Positions 1-11,127 of a DNA stretch of 64,000 nucleotides are shown here, piece after piece. Position numbers and translations under genes: made by a program. The notes beneath the pieces were generated by a model. The model had not been told where the DNA came from and did no database searches. It was given only the letters and a program-made list of their open reading frames with translations. Source of the stretch: Naegleria gruberi (Eukaryota). The stretch's first letter is position 1. Every line of letters starts with the position of its first letter. Location: the NCBI GenBank assembly GCA_000004985.1, contig GG738855.1. One strand, 5' to 3'.

Positions 1-972
1 CTTCCAAAGTTTTTCAAGACCTTTGTCTATCAAAAATCATTAGAACAAGCTCTCTCATCAAACAATGCTCTCCAAAAGGATTCATTGAATGATGTCAAGT
101 ATTCATGGATTAGTACTGTTCCAGAAACTATTAACGAACAAAAGGAACAAACTGTTTATGGATTGGCTCTTTCTAACAAGTTTGAAAACCTCGATTTTGG
201 AATCGTTCGTCGTGTTTACGATGACTCGTATGGTTCTCGCATGTGGGTCTCTTTCAATGAAACTGTTGTTCCACTCTTTAAGGGAGATAGTTTTGATTTG
301 TTGACTAACTTTGTTGTTGCAGACAGCACCAACATTACAGCATTCTACGAATTACTCGATTCCCAAATTCAAAACCCAGCTCTCAAGAACTTGATCTCTC
401 AAAACAATACCAATTTGGTTGTTACCTACACTGATATGAATGCAGAATTAATGTTGCTCAACTTGGCCAGAATTAACTCAAAGGATCGTTCCAATGTTAT
501 GGCTGAATATTCCATGATGCTTGCCAAGTACACTGATGGTACTTATGAGCAAAGAACCAAGTTGACATGGGGCAGCTCTAAGGAACCAACTGATGGTATC
601 TTGCAAAGACTCACTGAAACATCCTTCCAATCCTCATTTGTTCTTCAAGGTTTCTCTAAACAATCAGTCTTTGATCAAGATTTCCTCAATTTTGTTGTAA
701 GAGATGGTTCTGACTACATTTTCTACACAACTGATGTTTATTGCAAGGATAGGGTTGCCAAGACCAATGATGGGGTTCAAGTTTCCAAATGTAATATTCT
801 TAAAAGGGAATTAACCTATTCAACAACTCCAGAATATGGTCAAATTTCTGCACAAGCCATCTTTGATCCAGCCAACCAATTCTATGTTGGATTGAAGCTA
901 GACTCTGATGACGATGACGATGATATCTATGAAGAATTGGCAAATGGTGATGCTGAAGAATTCCACTTTTAA
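1..972 (+). CDS. C-terminal part of a conserved hypothetical protein (5' end lies outside the window); acidic DSDDDDDD tail
   Basis: Frame 1 is open from base 1 through the TAA at 970-972, so the ORF listed at 85 continues upstream. Composition is globular-like; I recognise no family. Confidence 0.45.
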   Translation, partial: LPKFFKTFVYQKSLEQALSSNNALQKDSLNDVKYSWISTVPETINEQKEQTVYGLALSNKFENLDFGIVRRVYDDSYGSRMWVSFNETVVPLFKGDSFDLLTNFVVADSTNITAFYELLDSQIQNPALKNLISQNNTNLVVTYTDMNAELMLLNLARINSKDRSNVMAEYSMMLAKYTDGTYEQRTKLTWGSSKEPTDGILQRLTETSFQSSFVLQGFSKQSVFDQDFLNFVVRDGSDYIFYTTDVYCKDRVAKTNDGVQVSKCNILKRELTYSTTPEYGQISAQAIFDPANQFYVGLKLDSDDDDDDIYEELANGDAEEFHF

Positions 973-993
973 TTTGCATTGTAAATAAAAAAA

Positions 994-2062
994 ATGTTCA
1001 AACAACCAGTTAGAGCCTCCACACATCCATTTGGTTATTCTTTATTCAAGGAATTTGGAAAAAAAGACTCGGAAAATGAAATGAAATTGAAAATTAATTT
1101 TATTGCTCGTGATGATGTACTTTTGTCAGCCTTGTCCAATATTTCCAGTGGTGATGATTTTAATTATTCGGATAGACAAGAAGAATTAAAGGAGGAATCA
1201 GAAGGAATTTATAGATTAAAGATTGGAAGACACAAAACTTGCCCTCTAAAAACTACATCTAATTGGACTGAGGAGGAAAGGATCAAATTAAGAGAATCCT
1301 TGTCAACAGAAAAACGAAAATTCAATCACATGCAAATAGCCACGGCTGTTCTAATTGAGAATGAGGCAACAAATGAAGTTTTAATTACAAAAAGGCCAAA
1401 ACATATGTATGTTTAATCTATTATTAATTTGTAATTGAATGAAATATTATGATTTTTAATATCGTTATTATCATGATTTTCAATGTAGGAGGTAAGTAGA
1501 TTTTAAGTTATATTAATTACATTTTCTCATCAGAGGATTTCCAAATACGTATGTAGTACCGGGTGGGTCGATTGAACCAGTGGACGAAACTATTTTTCAT
1601 GCAGTTATAAGGGAGGCTATGGAGGAAACTGGAATAGTTTTGGAAAAATCATCACTGAAACCAATGTATTGTTGGGAGAGTTGTTTTCCAACCTCAATAG
1701 AATTCGGAACTCCATTAAGGCACCATCTGATTATTTATTTTCATGCCAAAGTCAATTTGTTTGAAAAGAATGCATCAACAGAGGAAAGGTACAAGAATTT
1801 GAAATTGCAGAGAGAGGAAGTTGAATCTGCTAGTTGGATTGATTTGTCAATTGCCAAAAAACTTTCTGAGCATCTTGAAGAACCTGCAGATGAACAGGTT
1901 TATCAGAATCAGTTTTTTGAAACCTATAATATTGATGGAGAGTATTCTCATTCACCTCTAAAGGTATTATTCAGCACTGATTCAACAATAGGAAAGGAAA
2001 GGTTGACAACAGGTACACGATTTCTCATTTCTGATTGGTTCTCAATGCATAAAGATTTGTGA
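994..2062 (+). CDS. Nudix hydrolase, two exons (994..1406, 1534..2062)
   Basis: Exon 1 ends KRPKH + GTATGT donor at 1407. Acceptor is tcatcag at 1533. Exon 2 encodes VVPGGSIEPVDETIFHAVIREAMEETGI, a canonical Nudix box (GX5EX7REVXEEXGI). Confidence 0.7.
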
Positions 2063-2130
2063 GAATTCTTCTTCTTATTTTTTTGTAAATATTTGGTAGA
2101 AAATTGTACATTCGAAACTGCCAAGTTTAT

Positions 2131-3262
2131 TTAAACCTCAATTCTATGGACATTGAAAAAATAGTTGGCCATATATTTAGCTTCTGCTTCATTTTCTGGA
2201 ATGTAGAAAGTTTCAGGAGATACAATTTGAGAGGCTCTTGTTCTTAATTCAGATGAAGAAAGGTTAGTACCGATGGCAATGATTGGACCCTTGGCAATTT
2301 CTTGCTTTGTTGAGGAACAATTTTCAGACTTGTCAAATATTAAATCTATTTCAGGCTTGGAGAATTTGTGTTCCTTAGTGTGAATGACTTCAGAAACAAC
2401 CTTTGGTAAGAATTGTTCTGCATCATTATATCTACCAGGTAAGAAGATAATAACATTGGATGGAACATTTTCTTTGAGTTTTGTTGGAGGAATTGGACAA
2501 GATTTTTCATTTTCAGTTTCTTCATCCTTTGAAATACCAGTTTCTGGCATGGAGCTTAATGGCTTCATCCAATCAGTAATCTTGGATCGGCTGGTTGAGA
2601 ATCTATAGTTTTCTCCACCTTGAGGAGTGAAATCGTGGACAACATTCCAATGGTTATTATATACAGAAAGGCCAGATTCATGGAATTGCTTAGCAAGACC
2701 AATATAATTTGAGGCAAAACAGCTGAAAGTTACATTCGAAGATGATTCAATGACTGGTCGTGTACCACTGAAAATGCTGACTTCCAAATTATGGCAATCT
2801 CTTGTTCTGAATTGTTGGCAAGCAACAATCATCTTGACATTCTTACTTGTTCTGATGAAAATACTTCCTGAACATGGTCCAATGAAGAATCTACAATCAT
2901 CACAAGAATCAATAAATATTTGAGATGAGTTATCCAACAAATAGAAATCACAATTTTTGCACTTGTCAATATTCATAGCTTGTCCCAAAATTTGACTATC
3001 CTCAATGTTATAAGTTGGTTGTTTTCAAAAGAACTTACCCTGATGTTCTCAAAACTACTCTATCTTGGAAACCGCTCAATAAAAAGTCTTCGGCTTTCAA
3101 TTTTGAAAAATCAATTTCCTTTGGAGTTTTTTCTTTTTGTGCTTCATGACTCCAGACATATTGGAGGGGAGCTGAAGATGAATTTTTGTTGGCAGTAAAA
3201 TCTGGAGTGGTTGTCTTTTCAGTGCTCTTTGAAGAGGAGTCTTTTGTTTGTAGGCAGCCCAT
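2131..3262 (-). CDS. RP2: XRP2/RP2 homolog (tubulin cofactor C-like C-CAP domain + NDK-like C-terminal domain), exons 3262..3039 and 2995..2131
   Basis: N-terminal MGCLQTK (myristoylation/palmitoylation motif as in RP2). QYVWSHEAQKEK...FLLSGFQD parallels human RP2 QYSWDQREK...YMFSGLKDE. IACQQFRTRDCHNLEV...RPVIESSSNVTFSCF...HDFTP matches RP2 LACQQFRVRDCRKLEV...QPIIESSSNIKFGCF...HDFTP. Donor GTAAGT at 3038; acceptor gaggatag at 2996-2997. Confidence 0.8.
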
Positions 3263-3318
3263 TTCTGTTGTTTGTTGTAGGGTTATTTTTTTTAAGGTTT
3301 TGAGGTGTTGTTTTAAAA

Positions 3319-3346
3319 TTTTGGCGCCAAAGCATGAAAGGCGCCA
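3319..3346. promoter_or_regulatory. E2F-type palindrome TTTGGCGCCAAA plus adjacent GGCGCCAA half-site in the divergent promoter between RP2 (ATG 3262, minus) and the HAD gene (ATG 3482)
   Basis: tttTTTGGCGCCAAAgcatgaaaGGCGCCAAc. The first site is 57 bp upstream of the RP2 ATG. Confidence 0.4.
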
Positions 3347-3481
3347 ACTACACTTTGAAAATCATTGAGGTTTGCAAAACAGTAAAAAATGTTTCATTGA
3401 CTATCCACTCTGAACTTCGCACTTGATGGTTGATAAGGTGTGATCCAAAATAAATAATTGTAATTAATAATAAATAAAAAA

Positions 3482-4216
3482 ATGATCAACTCGGAACAAA
3501 GAAAGAAGTTTATAATATTTGATATGGGAGGTGTGCTCATCTCCACCGATTTTAACAATTGTATCAAGACAATTTACAATGAGAACAAGGAAGCATTTGG
3601 GTCGGTAACTGTTGATGACTTGCTGGACTTGTTGAAAAAACAATTTGGCCAATACAAGATCGGAGCCATCACAGAAGACGAATTTTGGGGCGTATTCTTT
3701 GAAAAGTATTTTAATGGTAGAAACTTTACATTGTATGGGAATACACTCACTTTGGAATATTTGAAAGATCAGTTCAGAAAGGATTTTATTATTCCTTTCT
3801 ATAATGGATTGGCTTTGGTGGAGGAAATTCGGGATGCTCAAAAGAAACAATTGACCAATGTATCAATTGGAATTATGAGTAATCACTCCAAAGAGTGGTT
3901 TCCATACTGTACCCAACGTTGGAAATTGGACACAATGTTCACTGAAAAATTATTGCTTGTCAACTCTAGTGATGATGATGTTCAATGTGGAAAACCTAAA
4001 TTGAAAATTATGCTACAACTTATGGCAAGAATTGAACAAGCAGGATACAAGGATGTTCAACCATCAGATATTGCATTTATTGATGATAAGCAAGCCAACG
4101 TTGATGCAACAAATGAATATGGAATGAAAGGTATTTGTTGGCATGGAAAGAAGGTACACTTAGATGTGTTGGTAAATGAATTGAAAAAGCTTGGCTTTTT
4201 GGAATGGAAAAAGTAA
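3482..4216 (+). CDS. HAD-superfamily hydrolase
   Basis: IIFDMGGVLI matches HAD motif I (DxDGxL-like); FIDDKQANVDA matches the C-terminal DD motif. Single exon starting at an ATG. Confidence 0.6.
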   Translation: MINSEQRKKFIIFDMGGVLISTDFNNCIKTIYNENKEAFGSVTVDDLLDLLKKQFGQYKIGAITEDEFWGVFFEKYFNGRNFTLYGNTLTLEYLKDQFRKDFIIPFYNGLALVEEIRDAQKKQLTNVSIGIMSNHSKEWFPYCTQRWKLDTMFTEKLLLVNSSDDDVQCGKPKLKIMLQLMARIEQAGYKDVQPSDIAFIDDKQANVDATNEYGMKGICWHGKKVHLDVLVNELKKLGFLEWKK

Positions 4217-4218
4217 AT

Positions 4219-7200
4219 TTACTTCTTTTTGGCTTTCTTTGACTTTCCAGTCTTCTTGGCATTCTTTCTCTTCTTTGATTTAGGTTCCTCTTCCTCTGGT
4301 TCTTCCTCAGAGTATTCTTCAATATCATCATGTTCTTCCTCAGAGCACTCTTCAATATCATCTTCGTCTATTTCTTTCTTTTGAGATTTTTGAGAGAAAA
4401 GAACTGGTGAGCTAGGGGTTGGTGAACGGTCTGTCTTCTTCTTTTTTGAGGTCTTCTTTTTCTTTGGGGAACCCTTCTTATTAGAGAGACCTTGTTTTAA
4501 ATTTCTCAATTCCTCATCAATATTTTCCAATTCACCCTGAATTTCTTCAATTTCGCTCTTGTGTTTTTCAATAGTTTCTTCCTTTTGCTGTTCAGTTTGG
4601 GCATATTCTCCCTTCTCGAAAGCAATTGTTTCTCTGAGTACTTTCTTATACTCTTCAACCTTCTTCTTCTTTTCTAGCAGTAGTTTGACTTCAGGATTTT
4701 CGCTGAGTGGAGTTTGACCAAAACGGAAAACTGGTGGACCTGTAGCCTTAGAACCAGCATATACGATACCAGTTGCTTCAATTCTCTCTCCATCAAGTGT
4801 TAGAATCAATGGGACTGCTAAATTAATTTCCAGTCTCTTTTTTCTGAATGCCAAACCAGTAAGGAATGTTTCAAAAACTAAACTACTACCTAATAAATTC
4901 CAAAATGCATGTCTAATCATTTCTCGTCTAATGTCTATTTCTATCAGATTTACAGAATAGCCAACAAATCCATCTGCGTCAATTGGATCCAATCTCAATC
5001 TACCTTCATTATCCATACCTTTTGAACATTTCTGGATATTATCGAGGGGTAAAACTGGTATCTTGTGAGGGAAATTTTCTAGGAGTCGTCTCACTTTTTC
5101 CATACCATTAGAATCTTGTACAACAATACATTGCATCTTATCTCCCAAGAACCTAGAAATTGTGTCATTGTGCTTTTCATTATCTATATAACCTAGCTCT
5201 CCAAGAATTCCCACAATTCCACTATCTGTTTCCTTTTGGAGTTGTTTTACTTTCTGCAAGGCCTTGTTTTCCGCAAGGCCAACATTGCACTCTTTTTGTT
5301 TTCTACTGTTCTGTGTCTTGATCTCTAACTTCTTTTTAAGAATATTCAATAGTTTGTCAGCATTTTCCATATTTGGCATATCATTTTCGAAGTTCAATTC
5401 ATATTCTTTGATTGTTTTCAGTATATCATTCATTGTGGATCTGAAATTACTAAGCTTGAATTCATTCTCTTGGTGATTTTGCTCGGCTTTCTTAATTTCC
5501 TTCTTCAGATAATCTAGTTCACTGAGACAATTTTGTTTCTTCTCTTGGAGTTCCTTCTCAATTTGTTGAATAGCACTGTTATCAGTAAATCCAAATTCTA
5601 ACTCTTTTGGTGGAAGATTTTTAGTTGTAAAAACTAGCTTATACAAACCAGTTTCACCTGATCCCTCCTTTATGCTAACTCTTGAAAACTTGGCACGACC
5701 ATTCTCAAATTTAGCTACTAAATCCCCTTCTAGCTCAGGAAGTTCACTGTCCATGCTATCTTCTGTTGGTTGAATGGAAAGAGTGACCTTTTTAATTTTA
5801 TCATCGGCAATCACAGTATTGGAATACTTGTCTATCACTTTGAGTGAAAGTTCTTCCCAGAATGATCTTGCATCAATATTTTCTCCCATATTGGTAACTA
5901 CAGGAAGCTGGAATTTATCATTTTCTATTTCCAAAGCTTCCGGATCTCCAGGGGAGACAGCAATATCTAGAGTAGTGTTTATACTCCCATTCAGTCCAAG
6001 AATTGGAACATATGGCAATGAAGAAATGTCCAAAGTAAATCTATATCTGTAAACTCCGGATTTAGTAAATTCTTTTTCACTATTTGCGAATGTATATGTT
6101 AAACTCTTGGAAGCAGATGGGCATGATATGAATTGCCTTTTATCTCCTCCTTGAGGGTTTGCTACTTCCATAATGATTGAATTTGGAGCCTTAACAGGTT
6201 TTCCACTTTCTCCCAAAACTACAACTTCAAAAGGGTCTAAAAAGTCTCCCACCACAAGATTTGTTGTCTTATTGGTAACCTTGAGTTCTGCTGGATGGGA
6301 GCTCTTGATAATATTTACAATAAAGCAAGTCTTGTTTGCCTTTGTTAACTCGTATTCAATCCAGAAAGTATGTCTTCCCTCTGTACCTTTAACCCAAAAT
6401 TGTGGCATATAGGCTCTTCCATTTTCAATTTGTAAATCGATGGACTGATTGACTTCTCCTTGATATTGGATAATTTCAATATCAGTCTCTGGAGGTTCAA
6501 TCTCAAAGTTTCCATGTTGATGTATTACGTTACCAAACTTATCGTGTGTTGTAATGTAAAATGATGGAGTAAGATTATAATTTTCAACATCGAATACTAC
6601 CTCTCCTATCATGTCATTAACTCTCAAAGACACTGGTGGTCCTGGTTCAAGGAGAATATTTTCAATTTTACCCTCTTTGATTTTACCTCCCTTGTCAATA
6701 ATCTTCAAATGGAATTCTCCAGAAGGGCCTATCAAGCTTACATCATTATATTTAAAAAATTTAAAGTGTTCATGGTCATCCAATCCTGTTAGGAGTCGTA
6801 GTTTGTCGAAATCACAAATTTCAATACTTTCTGCTTCACCATTCAATTGAGAAACTATTTCAATTGAAGGTTCAATATTCTCAAGTTCTGGATAATTTTC
6901 ATTACTCTCGTTATCCATCCTATTTCCAAATGCATCCATAATACTGAACTTAACACTGAACTTTTGTTCACATTTAAGTTTTTCAGGTATTGACTTTCTC
7001 TCTATTTTAAATATGCATGGAGGCCCTGTTATGACACGTAAATTAATGGTAAAGTTTGCTATTATCATATCTGTGTCAATATCATCATCGTTCTGTACGG
7101 AATCTCCTGCTGCTTTGGAGAGTATATCGACAAAATATTTAGTAGTTTTAAAAATTTGTGGAACTACTAGAGTTGGTAATTCGCAAATACCTTTTTTAAC

Positions 7201-10200
7201 TTCTAAAAGATTGGCTTTACACCATGAAGCTCTGGCGTATGCATCAATCTCTATCCTTTCGTACATTTCATTGCATAATTCCAAATTCCATCCAACTAGT
7301 TCTGAACTGACTATTGCATTCACTGTTACTTTAAGTGCAGATCTCTCCTTGATCATATTCTTTTCCTCAGTGGTTCTAGTTAGGAGGTTAAATGAAGAAG
7401 GTTTTGCAACTGAAGCTGATTCAATAGTAAGTGGAACATCAATGCAAATATCTTGGTAACTTAGTGTTATATATGCCTCTTTTCGTTGAGAACTACTTTG
7501 AGAGCTTCCTATAGCTATATTTTTGAATTGGAAATAACCAGTTTCAGTATTAAAGGTACCAGAAGCTTCTTCTTTCAAACATTCTCCTTTTACGGTTATG
7601 GTGAGAGGGGTAAAGTCATCTTCACCATCATAAAAACATGGAATGTAGATTTGATTATTTTTCTCATCCAGTAATTTGGCCTCAATATCTGGTAGAATTT
7701 TCTTTACAGAGTTTCCTGACAAGGCAGTAGCTGCATCTTCAGAAAGTTGAATAGTGTGAACGGCTCCAGCAAATATCACCATATCAATTTCAAGAGGTTG
7801 CATAATTAGACCAAATGCTATCACTAATTTTGTTTTTACAAACTTGTTGGAACCTAATGGAGCACTTTTAACAACAAGCTCAGTAATTTCTATTTGATTG
7901 CTATTGTTGAAGGAGGCCTTAAATGAGGATAGTTCTACGGTATCATCAGTTGTTGTAATTTTAAGTTCTTCCGTAATGTTACAAGTTGTCTCTTTGAAAG
8001 GAACAACATTACCATACGTGTCTTGTTGTTCAATGATTAGTGTGGGGAATGGTTTGTCAATAAAGGTTAAAAGGGAATCCTTGAGTTGACTCTTATCTAA
8101 AAGAGATTTGGCACCTTTAACTTTTGGTAAATTGTTGGAAAGTGACAGAGTGGATGGCGCCGCAGCAGTTACATCAATTTTTACCACCTTTGCTTTGATT
8201 CCACTGTCCTCAGAAGAGGATAATTCCAAAATATAAGTACCCACAGATGTAAATTCTGGCTTCAGCTTGTAAGGCTTGAAGCAATGCACTCCTTTTTTAA
8301 AAGCCTTTGTTGAAGTGAGTGACTCATTAAGTTTTTGTTCTTCTTCATTATCACCTTCATAGGTTATGGTCAAAGTAACTGGGTAGAGTTGGTTTGTCAC
8401 AACCTTGTGATCTCCTGTCATTATACAAGCCGACAGGTATTTGAGAGAATATCCAGCTGTAACAGCGTCAGGTGGTGGTCTTCTCTCTCTTGCAGTAACA
8501 TTTGGTGTATCTACAACATCTATATAGCTCGGTAGCTTATTTTTCATTTTGCTGACTTCAGCTTTAAACTCTTGCTTGGTGAGAAGGTTTTGTACTTTTG
8601 ATATTGGAAAGCACTGTCCATTCTTTGAATCATCTGACTCCTTTTCAGGTGACCATTCCTTAACTACAATAGTTACAGAGTATTCTTCTGATGACATGTC
8701 CCTAAACATATCAACAAGAGTTCCAATAATTTTAGGTCTAGTTTTCATGACTAGATAATCTCCAATGGAATAATTTGTTTGTCCGTATTTGATCTTTTTG
8801 TAGAATGTTTTCATACCCTTTCCTTCTTTTTGAGTTCTTTCGAAATCACATTCGTCAAAAATTATTTCTTCATCTAATTTTTTGTGGCATTCCTTAATCC
8901 ATTTTCTATACCTCTGTGTCAAGTTTCTTTCGCTGTAATTTAAAAGTGCTTGACAGAGTGCTGTTTGTTTGCAAAGGTACATTTTGTTGGCCGATACTTC
9001 AAAATTAGAATCAAAAAAGAGCATTCCCTTAATTCTTCTATAGCAATTTTCTGGAATATCCCTATTACTTCTTTCCTTCTCCATAAAAGGTAAATTTTTG
9101 ATTTTTTCATTAGCTAACAGTCTACCATTCCAAAAGCATTCAAATCCAGGATTTCTTTCGCTCAGAGGTACTTCTTGGTCAGTAGGAATATATTTTCCTC
9201 CTTCCAAATATAATTCTTCTGGTATTGGAAGAGTTTCTCTTCCTTGTTTGAAAGGATAGTAATAAATTATTCCTCTCACTGTGCTATTAATTATCGACAC
9301 TCCATATTGGGATGATGTTGGCAGGGTCATTTCAGGCGCGTTCAAATTTTCTCCATTTTTGACACTGAGTTTGATTTCAAAAGTGAACGGTGACTTTCCC
9401 TCCTGAAGATATAATGTTTCCATGTCCTTGTCTTCATTCGATATGGCTGTGCCATCTACTTTCATTATGACATTTTTAGGTTGCTTTAATTGCCATAAAT
9501 CGTCTTCATCAATTGAGGGCATCTTTGTTTTCTTTTGAGACTTGATTGGTGGCATTTCTTCCTCCTCTCCTTCGGAAAGATCATCAATATCACTCATGTT
9601 ATCATTTTCATCAGGATCTTCAATAATATCTCTTCCTTCCTTATTACCATCAGTTCCATGTATATAATAGTGATAGATGTGGCCTAAACGCTTCTTGATA
9701 ATTGCTGGATCATATCTATCGACATAGACCTTCTTAATGTCCGAAATTGTAAAGTGAGTAAAGCTTTCCCATTGTTTTTCTGTATCAGTTGGAGGTCTAG
9801 AAATACAATTGGCTTTCCATTGTTTGTCTTTTCCTGAAGTAAAATCTTGCTCCAACTTTTGCCTTGAAAGGGAAACTTCATAAACAAATCTTGAATCTTT
9901 TGGTTTTGAGACAAGAGTGACTTCATCTCCCAAGTTGAAAATGGCCTTCTTGGAACCTACACCATACCTGGAAAAGTCTGACGTAACAAATTTATCAAAA
10001 AACCTTCTGCGGAGTGGTGCCTTTTCTCTTGTTGGCAACTTGGAATCATCAACTGGGGCTTCAGTAATACCAAGAGTAGCCCAATTGACTAAGGTTTTAA
10101 AATTCATTCCTCTTCCATTATCCCAAATATGGAGCTTGCTTGTAAGTTCATTACTCTGTGTAGGCTTTTCAAATCGAATTTCGATAAGCCTTTCATTCTT

Positions 10201-11127
10201 GTTGAGGACAGTGTTTTGAATAGAATTGTCCAAAATTTCAGCAAGAGCGGTAATGAAGTCATATTCATCTCCTCCGTGAATTAAAATATTTACATGAGGT
10301 ACAATATCTACAGTCAATTGTAAATTAGCCTTAACTTTAGAAGATGATTCAGAAGTATTTTGGCCATTTTTCAATGTCAATATAAAACACCCATGACTCG
10401 AAGTGGGTGGTAAGTTTCTTGTCGAATGAGCACTTTGATTAATGTCGTCTAATATGATAACTTCGTTGGTGTTTGCCTTAGATTTTCCAATTTGAGATGC
10501 ATCTAAATCGGCATCCTTTACATCCTTATCATCCAAATTTCTAATAGATTCAATTTCATTCACAGATTTTAATTTAAAAATCTCACAAATGTAATGTTTC
10601 AATTGATTCACACTTGAAATTTTAGATTTAGGCCCAACAAGTTTTGTTTTTCCAGTGTGGGCATCCACAATCTTGTACATTGTTGGATCTGAATTTTCTT
10701 CGATTTTTGCAGTTGTCTCATCGTTTAATTTGGTTTTTTTTCTTGATGGTTCTATTTCTTTCTTAATTTTAGTTTCTGTCACTGTTGGTGGTTGACTTGC
10801 AAGTTTTGTTGGTTGTGATGATGATTTTGTTGTTTCTTCCGATTCCGATATTTCTTCATATTCGTCAATAATATTACTATCATCTTGGTCTTCCAAATAT
10901 TTACTACTGTTATTGGAGGTACTCTTGTAACCATTTTCCTCATCGTTCTCTGAGGAGGTTCTCTTTTTAGATTTCTTTGCCGTTGTTGATGAAGAATTTT
11001 TGCTGTTCGTCTTTTTGCTTGATGACTTTGGAGGCATTTTATTCTTGTGTTTGTTGGAATACCAACGAGAAATATTTTGGCGCCAAATCTTTAAAGATAA
11101 AAATACAGATCTCGTAACTAATGCCAT
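4219..11127 (-). CDS. SMCHD1-like giant protein: N-terminal GHKL/Bergerat ATPase and C-terminal SMC hinge; Lys/Ser-rich N-terminus and acidic insert
   Basis: EILDNSIQN...IEIRFEK...WDNGRGMN are GHKL N-box and G1-box motifs. The C-terminus has GILGELGYIDNEKHNDTISRFLGDKMQCIVVQDSNGMEKVRRLL, an SMC-hinge-like segment. The ORF is uninterrupted for 6.9 kb. The biological start is probably the second ATG at 11037 (MPPKSSSKK), because an E2F-like palindrome sits at 11075-11087. Confidence 0.75.
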   Translation of the reverse strand: MALVTRSVFLSLKIWRQNISRWYSNKHKNKMPPKSSSKKTNSKNSSSTTAKKSKKRTSSENDEENGYKSTSNNSSKYLEDQDDSNIIDEYEEISESEETTKSSSQPTKLASQPPTVTETKIKKEIEPSRKKTKLNDETTAKIEENSDPTMYKIVDAHTGKTKLVGPKSKISSVNQLKHYICEIFKLKSVNEIESIRNLDDKDVKDADLDASQIGKSKANTNEVIILDDINQSAHSTRNLPPTSSHGCFILTLKNGQNTSESSSKVKANLQLTVDIVPHVNILIHGGDEYDFITALAEILDNSIQNTVLNKNERLIEIRFEKPTQSNELTSKLHIWDNGRGMNFKTLVNWATLGITEAPVDDSKLPTREKAPLRRRFFDKFVTSDFSRYGVGSKKAIFNLGDEVTLVSKPKDSRFVYEVSLSRQKLEQDFTSGKDKQWKANCISRPPTDTEKQWESFTHFTISDIKKVYVDRYDPAIIKKRLGHIYHYYIHGTDGNKEGRDIIEDPDENDNMSDIDDLSEGEEEEMPPIKSQKKTKMPSIDEDDLWQLKQPKNVIMKVDGTAISNEDKDMETLYLQEGKSPFTFEIKLSVKNGENLNAPEMTLPTSSQYGVSIINSTVRGIIYYYPFKQGRETLPIPEELYLEGGKYIPTDQEVPLSERNPGFECFWNGRLLANEKIKNLPFMEKERSNRDIPENCYRRIKGMLFFDSNFEVSANKMYLCKQTALCQALLNYSERNLTQRYRKWIKECHKKLDEEIIFDECDFERTQKEGKGMKTFYKKIKYGQTNYSIGDYLVMKTRPKIIGTLVDMFRDMSSEEYSVTIVVKEWSPEKESDDSKNGQCFPISKVQNLLTKQEFKAEVSKMKNKLPSYIDVVDTPNVTARERRPPPDAVTAGYSLKYLSACIMTGDHKVVTNQLYPVTLTITYEGDNEEEQKLNESLTSTKAFKKGVHCFKPYKLKPEFTSVGTYILELSSSEDSGIKAKVVKIDVTAAAPSTLSLSNNLPKVKGAKSLLDKSQLKDSLLTFIDKPFPTLIIEQQDTYGNVVPFKETTCNITEELKITTTDDTVELSSFKASFNNSNQIEITELVVKSAPLGSNKFVKTKLVIAFGLIMQPLEIDMVIFAGAVHTIQLSEDAATALSGNSVKKILPDIEAKLLDEKNNQIYIPCFYDGEDDFTPLTITVKGECLKEEASGTFNTETGYFQFKNIAIGSSQSSSQRKEAYITLSYQDICIDVPLTIESASVAKPSSFNLLTRTTEEKNMIKERSALKVTVNAIVSSELVGWNLELCNEMYERIEIDAYARASWCKANLLEVKKGICELPTLVVPQIFKTTKYFVDILSKAAGDSVQNDDDIDTDMIIANFTINLRVITGPPCIFKIERKSIPEKLKCEQKFSVKFSIMDAFGNRMDNESNENYPELENIEPSIEIVSQLNGEAESIEICDFDKLRLLTGLDDHEHFKFFKYNDVSLIGPSGEFHLKIIDKGGKIKEGKIENILLEPGPPVSLRVNDMIGEVVFDVENYNLTPSFYITTHDKFGNVIHQHGNFEIEPPETDIEIIQYQGEVNQSIDLQIENGRAYMPQFWVKGTEGRHTFWIEYELTKANKTCFIVNIIKSSHPAELKVTNKTTNLVVGDFLDPFEVVVLGESGKPVKAPNSIIMEVANPQGGDKRQFISCPSASKSLTYTFANSEKEFTKSGVYRYRFTLDISSLPYVPILGLNGSINTTLDIAVSPGDPEALEIENDKFQLPVVTNMGENIDARSFWEELSLKVIDKYSNTVIADDKIKKVTLSIQPTEDSMDSELPELEGDLVAKFENGRAKFSRVSIKEGSGETGLYKLVFTTKNLPPKELEFGFTDNSAIQQIEKELQEKKQNCLSELDYLKKEIKKAEQNHQENEFKLSNFRSTMNDILKTIKEYELNFENDMPNMENADKLLNILKKKLEIKTQNSRKQKECNVGLAENKALQKVKQLQKETDSGIVGILGELGYIDNEKHNDTISRFLGDKMQCIVVQDSNGMEKVRRLLENFPHKIPVLPLDNIQKCSKGMDNEGRLRLDPIDADGFVGYSVNLIEIDIRREMIRHAFWNLLGSSLVFETFLTGLAFRKKRLEINLAVPLILTLDGERIEATGIVYAGSKATGPPVFRFGQTPLSENPEVKLLLEKKKKVEEYKKVLRETIAFEKGEYAQTEQQKEETIEKHKSEIEEIQGELENIDEELRNLKQGLSNKKGSPKKKKTSKKKKTDRSPTPSSPVLFSQKSQKKEIDEDDIEECSEEEHDDIEEYSEEEPEEEEPKSKKRKNAKKTGKSKKAKKK
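11075..11087. promoter_or_regulatory. E2F-type palindrome TTTTGGCGCCAAA upstream of the probable SMCHD1-like start (ATG 11037)
   Basis: Same 12-mer core as at 3319. It lies within the first 30 codons of the maximal ORF but 38 bp upstream of the second ATG. Confidence 0.4.

Noticed and set aside
5264-10219. Many 60-150-aa ORFs on the plus strand inside the SMCHD1-like gene (e.g. 5264..5476, 7013..7459, 9917..10219)
   Set aside because: They are antisense to a continuous 6.9-kb ORF, have low-complexity hydrophobic composition and no start context. They are artefacts of AT-rich sequence.
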